This document shows, piece after piece, positions 57,165 through 64,000 of a stretch of 64,000 bases of DNA (position 1 is the first letter of the stretch; each line of letters starts with the position of its first letter). Under the pieces are notes generated by a model. It did not search any database, was not told the origin of the DNA, and was given only the letters and a program-made list of their open reading frames with translations. This DNA is from an uncultured virus (IMG/VR IMGVR_UViG_3300048442_000810) (taxonomy: Duplodnaviria > Heunggongvirae > Uroviricota > Caudoviricetes). The stretch is taken from the IMG/VR virus record IMGVR_UViG_3300048442_000810; one strand, written 5' to 3'. Position numbers and translations under genes: made by a program.

Positions 57165-57995
57165 TTATTTACTTGCTCTCAAATTAGGTGTACTATTCTG
57201 AGTGCAAAATTTATTTCTTTCAAAATTTGTTATAAACTGATTTAAAATGTCAAATCTTTCTTTATTTTGAGGTGTTGGAGTGTCCTTAAATGTTGTAAGG
57301 AAACTTTGATAAGCCTCTATTCTTGGATAACCAAGAGCCAAATAAATTAATAATCCATTCAAATCTGCTTCTGTTTCATCTTCCATATTCTCATTCAAAT
57401 AAAAATGAGAAAACTCGTGTAATAGAATTGCCATTCTCATTGGAACAGTAAACTTTTTATAGTGTGCTTTGCTTACTTGTATAATTCCTTTTGACTGACT
57501 AATTCTTGCAGGGGTTTGTATTACCAAACCTCTTTTTGTTCTAATATCATCAAAGTAATCTATTCTAAAATTACCCTCATCTGAGATATATGTGCTTCCG
57601 TTTGGAAACTTTCCTGCACTTAATATTCCTGCGTTGTCTGAAAATTGTTGAGCAAAATTTGCAAAATCTCTTATTTTTGGATTACTCCAATCAACACAAT
57701 CCATTTTTCTTTCTAATGGTCTAGCATCTATTTTTACAACTTTAAATGATGCATCTTGACCCTTTTTCAAATTACCGTTAGCTTTATTATATACACTTAT
57801 AAGTGCTTCATAAGGAGATAAAGGCATTCTAACGAAGAATCTTTGCTTACCATCAATAGTTGCATATCTATTAGTATAATCAGTATTAGGCTTATTAATA
57901 TCCTTAACTACTATCTGAATTTTTTGAGGACTATTTGTTACGACCTCTATCATAATAGTTAACGATTTTTGCTTTGTTTTAAATAAAATATTCAT
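57165..57995 (-). CDS. HEXXH zinc metalloprotease (maturation protease candidate)
   Basis: ILLHEFSH followed by ETEAD third-ligand motif. Confidence 0.7.
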   Translation of the reverse strand: MNILFKTKQKSLTIMIEVVTNSPQKIQIVVKDINKPNTDYTNRYATIDGKQRFFVRMPLSPYEALISVYNKANGNLKKGQDASFKVVKIDARPLERKMDCVDWSNPKIRDFANFAQQFSDNAGILSAGKFPNGSTYISDEGNFRIDYFDDIRTKRGLVIQTPARISQSKGIIQVSKAHYKKFTVPMRMAILLHEFSHFYLNENMEDETEADLNGLLIYLALGYPRIEAYQSFLTTFKDTPTPQNKERFDILNQFITNFERNKFCTQNSTPNLRASK

Positions 57996-58123
57996 TTCTT
58001 AATTACCAAAATTATTAAACCTAATAATATGACTCCTCCTACTAACCTTAATCGAGTTACTGATATACCCTTTATTTGCATATCCATTTCTTCTCTTTCT
58101 AAAGGTTGTAGTGCCACTTATCA

Positions 58124-58432
58124 TTACTTTTTAAAATTTATAATACTCTCCTTTGCTATGTAACCTCCGGCTAATCCTCCGGCTAAAACTCCCATCCATA
58201 CACTTTTCTTTCTCCATAATGATAGAATAGCCCCTAATACACTTCCTAATACTGCTCCTTTCAACATCTCTTTAGTGCTATCTTTAACTAAAGCTGCCTT
58301 TCCATCATCTACAATCGTACTGATACTTTCTTGTGTTTCAGTTGGCATTGTCATTCTGTTTGTGACATTATTTTGTCCATCAAAAGAAATTTCCTGAGCC
58401 TCATCAAAAAGATTTACTTCGCTATCAAACAT
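58124..58432 (-). CDS. Glycine-zipper membrane protein
   Basis: GAVLGSVLG and GVLAGGLAGG; SFDG motif. Confidence 0.65.
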   Translation of the reverse strand: MFDSEVNLFDEAQEISFDGQNNVTNRMTMPTETQESISTIVDDGKAALVKDSTKEMLKGAVLGSVLGAILSLWRKKSVWMGVLAGGLAGGYIAKESIINFKK

Positions 58433-58443
58433 ATTTCAAAGAA

Positions 58444-59142
58444 CTAATTTTGTACTGCCGGTGATGAACTTCCTTTTCTGCTATTATATAAAGCAAAACC
58501 TATAACTGCTAAAACCCCAACACCTAATAAAATAAATACAACTTTGCTAGAGCCTCCTAAACCTGCTTGAGTTGGCGGTAATACAGTTTGATTTGCACCT
58601 AATTCCATTTGCTGCAACATCAAATCTCTATTCATTCCTGCAAGTTCCAATTCGTGAGCCCTTTGCTTTCCTGCTTCTTTATAACTTTTATTTCCTTGCC
58701 AAATACCTGCAACTGTAGATAAGACTTGAATTCCTCCGTTTAACCATTGTCCGCCTGTTACTCCTGCACCTGTACTTGCTGATGGAGCAGGAACTCCTCC
58801 TACTTGATTCATAAATCCATCTCTACTAGCATCCGTGTCCATTGGACTAATTTCTTCTGCACCTTCAATAAATGGCAATTGATTAGCTAAAACTAATTTC
58901 ATAATTCCAATCCTTACACATTCACTTGTTAAATTGTATGCTACTGCCGTAACTAATTCAACTTTTCCTGCTCGTGAAGAAACTTTCACACCACAGTTAA
59001 TAAGTGTTTTTCGTACTAAAGCCGGTCTACCCTCTATCACTTTAGCAACTTCGGATAACATTAACTCTCTCGTTATAGCCATATCTTTTGTTTTATTTAT
59101 TGCTTTAAAATTTTCTTTAAAATTATGATGCTCATATCTCAT
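58444..59142 (-). CDS. Prodomain + Gly-rich/amphipathic peptide + coiled coil + TM protein
   Basis: FMNQVG, then WLNGGIQVLSTVAGIW, C-terminal TM. Confidence 0.65.
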   Translation of the reverse strand: MRYEHHNFKENFKAINKTKDMAITRELMLSEVAKVIEGRPALVRKTLINCGVKVSSRAGKVELVTAVAYNLTSECVRIGIMKLVLANQLPFIEGAEEISPMDTDASRDGFMNQVGGVPAPSASTGAGVTGGQWLNGGIQVLSTVAGIWQGNKSYKEAGKQRAHELELAGMNRDLMLQQMELGANQTVLPPTQAGLGGSSKVVFILLGVGVLAVIGFALYNSRKGSSSPAVQN

Positions 59143-59143
59143 A

Positions 59144-59653
59144 CTACTTTTTTGCTATTATATATCCTACCGCAAAACCAACTGCTAATAAAAGAATTGG
59201 AGATGTTTGCATTTCTTTCATTTTTCTATCTCTTGCTCTCCTATCTCTTTTTAGCTTTTCTCTAAGTATTTCTTTTTTTACTTCTTTTATTTCACTTACT
59301 ACCTCTTTTGCATCAAAATTAGAACTTGATGTATTAGGCTCAAATGAAGATGGAGCCTCCGGTTTAAATGGGGTTGGCTCTACAACTTCAGGTTCAGCAA
59401 ATCCCGGTGTTCTACCTGTTGCATAAGCGAAATCTTTATCTGAACCAAATGATTTAGTGAAAGACTCTAATAAAGACTTATCAGGATGAATTTCACTAAT
59501 ATCTTGTAAGGCAACTTTTTTGTATTTTCTTACAATTATTTTTAATCTGCTAATTAATTCACTTATACTGTTGGTAGCTTGAAAACCATAATTACTTAAA
59601 AGTTCATTAGCCCCTGAAGAATTATTATGTGCTATGTATGTGTATAAATTCAT
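59144..59653 (-). CDS. Tail-anchored protein downstream of the capsid candidate
   Basis: IHPDK motif, FAYATG, C-terminal TM then KK. Confidence 0.7.
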   Translation of the reverse strand: MNLYTYIAHNNSSGANELLSNYGFQATNSISELISRLKIIVRKYKKVALQDISEIHPDKSLLESFTKSFGSDKDFAYATGRTPGFAEPEVVEPTPFKPEAPSSFEPNTSSSNFDAKEVVSEIKEVKKEILREKLKRDRRARDRKMKEMQTSPILLLAVGFAVGYIIAKK

Positions 59654-59691
59654 TTTTATCTTTTTTGTATATTTTTAATTTATCTTTTAGT

Positions 59692-59744
59692 AAAAAAAAA
59701 TGGGGCTCGAAGAAAATGCCTTTGCATCTACCTCTGCCCCATTT
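59692..59744 (-). terminator. Intrinsic terminator after the capsid candidate
   Basis: AAATGGGGC/GCCCCATTT stem with inner GATGC/GCATT, running into T9 on -. Confidence 0.7.
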
Positions 59745-59777
59745 AATATCTAATCTCTAAGAATTAATAACTTAATA

Positions 59778-60527
59778 TTAACCCTGTAATGCACGAGCAA
59801 CTCCTTGACCAAGAACAATCTTGTCTTGTCTTACAACATTTGGATTACCATAACCACGAGCAATTGAATTGCCTGTTAGAGCACGACCTTGAGAAACAGT
59901 TTCAGATGGGAACAAGTAGACTTTTAAAGTCGCTTTTGCTGCAATACTGTTAACTGTTAATGTAGTAAAGCCATCCCACTTATAGGTATGCTTTAATACA
60001 GTAATGTCTGTTTGGTTTTGGTAAGGGTCAATTGTAGGAACAAGAGTTTTTTGTTGTTGATTACCATTAGAGTCAACTACTTTTACTACGATAGTTTCTA
60101 GGACCTGTGTTGAGCCTCCATCACTTTGTAGGTAAGTTAATCCAACCACGAATGGTTTAGATGAACTTTGCCATAAAAATTCAAGATAAGTTACACCTGA
60201 AATAGCCATATTATATAGGATATTTGCCGTGTTACCTGCTTCACCTGCCGGAATACCTCCACCTGCTGCGATTGCGGTTACCTTAGTTATCGTGTTATAT
60301 GCTCCACCAATTTCAACAGATGCTACATCTGCTGCCGTAGAGTTATATAATGAGATAATGTAAGGTTGTGATGAACTAGCATCAGCCGAACCCATTGCGT
60401 TTAAGTATTCTTCTTCAGAACCACCAAAGTCAAAAGCATCATCCCAATCATTTACACCATTAGCTGACATAAATTCGTTTGAAATGTTTTCTTCTGCATC
60501 AGAGAAATAACGGTTTAAATTTTCCAT
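59778..60527 (-). CDS. Putative major capsid protein (single jelly-roll-like) with acidic leader
   Basis: Beta-rich core of about 165 aa with two paralogs in the window; long leader and own terminator suggest high expression; 2.3 kb from the packaging ATPase. Confidence 0.6.
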   Translation of the reverse strand: MENLNRYFSDAEENISNEFMSANGVNDWDDAFDFGGSEEEYLNAMGSADASSSQPYIISLYNSTAADVASVEIGGAYNTITKVTAIAAGGGIPAGEAGNTANILYNMAISGVTYLEFLWQSSSKPFVVGLTYLQSDGGSTQVLETIVVKVVDSNGNQQQKTLVPTIDPYQNQTDITVLKHTYKWDGFTTLTVNSIAAKATLKVYLFPSETVSQGRALTGNSIARGYGNPNVVRQDKIVLGQGVARALQG

Positions 60528-60730
60528 TTTTTCTTTAATTTTATTTGGTTAAACAATTATAATTCATAAACTTTTTATGAACTAAACAACATAAACTCCC
60601 CTTAACGGGTCACTCTTTTTACAAAACTTAATAATTATCTTGTTATCAATTATCAACCTTTAGGAGCCGTGGGCTCAACTAAAAGGACCATATCAAACTG
60701 ACTGCCCTTGGGACTTACCATCAATAATTA
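60528..60730 (-). promoter_or_regulatory. Structured 5' leader of the capsid candidate
   Basis: About 200-nt non-coding gap with GAGCC/GGCTC (extended by CCTTT/AAAGG) and TTCATAAA/TTTATGAA hairpins. Confidence 0.45.
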
Positions 60731-60859
60731 CTATGCTTCACCATCTTTGTCTAGGAAATTCTTTTCAACCACATTTGCTCCAATGATACCTATCATTACA
60801 CCAACTGCGACTCCAAGAATACCCATCAACATAGACTTTTTTCCTTTTCCTTCAATCAT
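60731..60859 (-). CDS. 42-aa membrane protein (not in ORF track)
   Basis: MIEGKGKKSMLMGILGVAVGVMIGIIGANVV...; TAAATTTG box at 60914-60921. Confidence 0.6.
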   Translation of the reverse strand: MIEGKGKKSMLMGILGVAVGVMIGIIGANVVEKNFLDKDGEA

Positions 60860-61045
60860 CTTACTAAAGATTTTAAATTAAACTTAGGCACAAGCCATTG
60901 TTAAATACAAAAACAAATTTATAAACATATATAGGTTTATTAGCTTGTTGTTATGTAAATAAGTGTAACCGGTTTGGTTGAAGTTATTTTAGAAAATACT
61001 ATTTAACCCTGAAAATTTGATAAAAAAGTTGAAATTAAGTTGAAA

Positions 61046-61282
61046 TTAAAATGATTTTTTAACTTCATTGACTATTACACCATTCATAATAGAAAATATT
61101 CCTACTATTAATGCTAACTTAACTAACTCTTTAGAATCCGGTAATTTGAAGTTATTTGGATTTGTCACTTCGCCTTCTAATTCTTTTGTATGATTTTTAC
61201 CCATATTAAAATGGATAATTGCTTCAGTCATAAATAGAACAAAAGTTGTGCCTCCAACAATAAGACCTAGATTCTTTTTCAT
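61046..61282 (-). CDS. Two-TM membrane protein
   Basis: F..EA.IH...G motif; TATCTTTG box at 61287-61294. Confidence 0.65.
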   Translation of the reverse strand: MKKNLGLIVGGTTFVLFMTEAIIHFNMGKNHTKELEGEVTNPNNFKLPDSKELVKLALIVGIFSIMNGVIVNEVKKSF

Positions 61283-61316
61283 TGGACAAAGATATATAAA
61301 AATATATTATAAAAAA

Positions 61317-62789
61317 TTAATTCAATATTTTTTCAATTTCCATTCCTGTTAAAACATACTTAATATCAGGATTTATAGCAATATGATATTCTTTATAAAG
61401 CCCCATAGCTATTGCCATAGAAACGGAAGGATTGCAATAAAACTTACTACATTTTTTTATCATCCAAGCCATATCATATAAGTCTTTGACTTTATCACCA
61501 TAAAAAATTAAATTATCTTTTACATCATATTCTTTTAAAAGGGCTTCATATTCATCTTTTAAACCAATAAAATAGTTTTTACCTTTTTGTTCTTTTATGC
61601 ATTTTTCCCAATTAAAATCTACACCATCTCTGTACCTCTGTGTTATATGGAAAACATTAAATTTTCCTTTTGGAATTTCTACATTATTATTTAATTCAGG
61701 AGTATTAAATTTAAAATCATCCTTTAATAATAAATAAGGAAATGGGGTGTCTTGAGGATTTTCTTTCCAAACTCTAAAATATGAAAACACTACTTGTTCT
61801 TCAAAAAGTTTTGGCGAAAGCCTAAAATAATCTAAATCATAATCTAACTCTACTGAATTATCATATTTTACTTTAACACCTGTGTCGATTTCAGATGTTG
61901 AACCTTTTTTGTATGTTTTTTCTCCAAAACCATCTTTATATAAATTTACATTATTTATATAAGGTTGACATTTAAGCAGCCTGTATAAAGATTGATATTG
62001 CTTATTGGTGGCAGAAAATTTATGTTTATTTTTTAAATAAATATCTCCTCCTCCTTTTTTAATAATTAATGGCAATGAAAATATTACATCTCCTAAACTT
62101 CCGCTATGTAAAAAACTTTGAACTCTTTTTTTAGAAAAATTTTCTACCCCTACTTCTTCTATAAATTCTTCTGTGCTCTTTATATTCATCCACTCTTCTC
62201 TGTTTTTTGAGAAATTATCCCAATCAAGAGTTATTTTACCTTTGATAGCCGGTTTTTTCTTTTGGGCAAATGTAATCATACCAACCCCTGTATCTGTATC
62301 AATTACTGACATTTCTACATCTGTTCTTTCATTTCTAACTCGAACAAATGCTTTCCAAACATCTCCATTCCAATAACTTGTTACTGCCGGTACTTTTTGA
62401 TGGTCCTCTTCTAAAGGCAAACAATCGTGCATTAAAATTGTACCCCCTTTATTTAAACAATCTATAGAATTATTTATATCTCTATATACTTGCTCATTTA
62501 GGTGTAATCCATCAATAAATATAATATCATATTTGTGATTGTGATTTTTAAAATATTCATCTGATGTCATTCTAAAATCTACATCTATTTCTGATGGTTT
62601 CCATTTTTTATCAGATGTACTTTTAGCAACAGAAAATTCCGCTAAAAATCCTTCATCTAAAGGGTCACATCCTTTTTTATCATCTATTATAATTTGATTG
62701 AAACATTCTTTATCCCTTACCCCTATTTCGAGATATGTTTTGTAATTGTTTTTTTTAATCAATGCGTTTATAATGTCAAATCTTTTCAT
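61317..62789 (-). CDS. Class I SAM methyltransferase fused to GT9-like glycosyltransferase domain
   Basis: YLEIGV, DIIFIDGLH, GG.I..HD, W.GDVW; then H.G.LGD.I.SLP. Confidence 0.75.
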   Translation of the reverse strand: MKRFDIINALIKKNNYKTYLEIGVRDKECFNQIIIDDKKGCDPLDEGFLAEFSVAKSTSDKKWKPSEIDVDFRMTSDEYFKNHNHKYDIIFIDGLHLNEQVYRDINNSIDCLNKGGTILMHDCLPLEEDHQKVPAVTSYWNGDVWKAFVRVRNERTDVEMSVIDTDTGVGMITFAQKKKPAIKGKITLDWDNFSKNREEWMNIKSTEEFIEEVGVENFSKKRVQSFLHSGSLGDVIFSLPLIIKKGGGDIYLKNKHKFSATNKQYQSLYRLLKCQPYINNVNLYKDGFGEKTYKKGSTSEIDTGVKVKYDNSVELDYDLDYFRLSPKLFEEQVVFSYFRVWKENPQDTPFPYLLLKDDFKFNTPELNNNVEIPKGKFNVFHITQRYRDGVDFNWEKCIKEQKGKNYFIGLKDEYEALLKEYDVKDNLIFYGDKVKDLYDMAWMIKKCSKFYCNPSVSMAIAMGLYKEYHIAINPDIKYVLTGMEIEKILN

Positions 62790-62809
62790 TTATTTATTTT
62801 TTAAAATAT

Positions 62810-63628
62810 TTATGTTAGGAAATATTGCTGCCTTATTCTAGCCCTTACTTGTCTAATAGCTTCATCTCTATCAATTTTAGAGCCATCACTTAAACTTTTT
62901 TTATTAATAGCAGGTTTTACTACGGAATTAAAATTTTTAGATAAGTATTCATCTATTCCATTATTTATAATTGCTTCAGACATTTTTCCTTTTAATTTTT
63001 CTTCATCTAAATCTACATACATAAAATATCTAGGATTATCATTAAAATACTGTGTGTTTACTATATTTTCAGCTATACTAAACATTTCGTATTTATCAGG
63101 AAATTTATTTCTATGTCTTTCAATACTATCTGAGTTTTTATGAAACCTCAACCAATTAGCATTTTGCCATACTTTAGTTGTTATTCTTCCAATACTCTGA
63201 AAATGCATAATAATATCTAAGTCTGTGTGTCTGTTGGAGCAAATAGCACCTACAATATCTGTTGGAAGATGGTCACCTACATACTTATTAATGTCCTCAA
63301 TCAATAACATACCCCCTCTAAAATAGTGTAGTATATCCCATAATTGATTTGCTATTTCTTTTAAAGTAAGTCTTATTCCTGTTTGCTCATTAAAAGGTCT
63401 TACCCTTCTTATTTCTGCGGTAGGCATAACAGAAAATCTTACTAAATCTTTCATAGATATAGCTTTATAATCTACAAACTCATCATTAACATCTAAAATT
63501 AATACTCTACGAGGAAGAACCCCTTTTGATGGATTTCCATAAACATAGGATTCAATAAGTATTTTAGTTTGATAAGTTTTACCAATCCCTTTTTTTCCTA
63601 CTGCCATTCCTAGCTTTGGTTCTCTCAT
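62810..63628 (-). CDS. A32/P9-like FtsK-HerA genome-packaging ATPase
   Basis: Walker A GKKGIGKT near the N-terminus, Walker B LLIED, then RH......HFQ (Arg finger plus Gln sensor); 272 aa with no nuclease domain. Confidence 0.8.
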   Translation of the reverse strand: MREPKLGMAVGKKGIGKTYQTKILIESYVYGNPSKGVLPRRVLILDVNDEFVDYKAISMKDLVRFSVMPTAEIRRVRPFNEQTGIRLTLKEIANQLWDILHYFRGGMLLIEDINKYVGDHLPTDIVGAICSNRHTDLDIIMHFQSIGRITTKVWQNANWLRFHKNSDSIERHRNKFPDKYEMFSIAENIVNTQYFNDNPRYFMYVDLDEEKLKGKMSEAIINNGIDEYLSKNFNSVVKPAINKKSLSDGSKIDRDEAIRQVRARIRQQYFLT

Positions 63629-63629
63629 T

Positions 63630-64000
63630 CTATAATTTTTTAAATGTAGCAGTTAATATATTTGGTGTGTAATTTTTATCAATTCTAACTTTATCTTCTA
63701 TGTTAGTATAATTAATAATTTCAAAACCCATTCTTTTCATAAATTTTTCTAATGATTTTTCATCAAAGTGATACAAATGTTCATCAGGCTTTCTATGTTT
63801 CCAATTATTAAACCATTCATCATCTGATGCCCCCCAACACCAAGGAAGAGATATAACTGCGTATTTACACTTTAAATCTTTTACAAACTCAATATCATTA
63901 AAATGCTCTAAACTGTCAAAAAATGTAATCACATCCACCTCAACAGAGGTTATATCTTTTACAAATTTTATATTATCTTTTAAAGGATATGCAGGTTCTA
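63630..64000 (-). CDS. SAM-dependent methyltransferase, partial at window edge
   Basis: DVITFFDSLEH ... W.H..P.EHL.HF....L motifs. Confidence 0.65.
   Translation of the reverse strand, partial: EPAYPLKDNIKFVKDITSVEVDVITFFDSLEHFNDIEFVKDLKCKYAVISLPWCWGASDDEWFNNWKHRKPDEHLYHFDEKSLEKFMKRMGFEIINYTNIEDKVRIDKNYTPNILTATFKKL

Noticed and set aside
15225..62376. + strand ORFs lying over the - strand genes
   Set aside because: Antisense shadows with Phe/Leu/Ser-rich composition, overlapping well-supported genes
62810..63628. Terminase large subunit or Zot-like inovirus ATPase
   Set aside because: Too short and no nuclease domain for a terminase; no TM or C-terminal extension as in Zot; RH/Q motifs fit A32/P9-type
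1..64000. Eukaryotic giant virus (collagen, A32-like ATPase, basic proteins)
   Set aside because: Operon-like coupling, peptidoglycan hydrolases, RecT, ArdA and Bacteroidota promoters indicate a bacterial host
1..64000. Alternative genetic code
   Set aside because: The standard code gives dense, intact genes; TGA (5439) and TAG (60731) both end genes at sensible positions

Overview
AT-rich, gene-dense viral (phage) DNA, most likely from a virus of Bacteroidota. Support: TAnnTTTG -7 promoter boxes, A-rich starts without Shine-Dalgarno, and a captured CarboxypepD_reg-like domain. Genes run on + from 1 to 13396 and on - from 13397 to the end. I see no terminase, portal, HK97 capsid or tail genes in the window. 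Instead there is an A32/P9-type (FtsK-HerA) packaging ATPase, three paralogous beta-rich jelly-roll-like capsid candidates, a HEXXH metalloprotease, and about 50 small single-pass membrane proteins. Together these suggest an unusually large tailless virus with an internal membrane. Two recurrent peptide codes stand out. (1) Membrane-anchored polyproteins made of unrelated modules, one of them an ArdA anti-restriction domain, separated by [FYM]-x-[KRE]-G-G linkers. (2) An aromatic-x-[N/S/G]-[A/F/Q/M]-x-G motif found in the capsid candidate and in dozens of the small proteins, often between a prodomain and a hydrophobic peptide. Also present: a 2361-aa Pro-poor collagen-like fibre, glycan-modifying enzymes, RecT plus a PD-(D/E)XK nuclease, SOD, an iota-carbonic-anhydrase-like protein, three membrane-tethered peptidoglycan hydrolases and several structured intergenic elements. 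All family calls come from motifs read by eye; no database searches were run.
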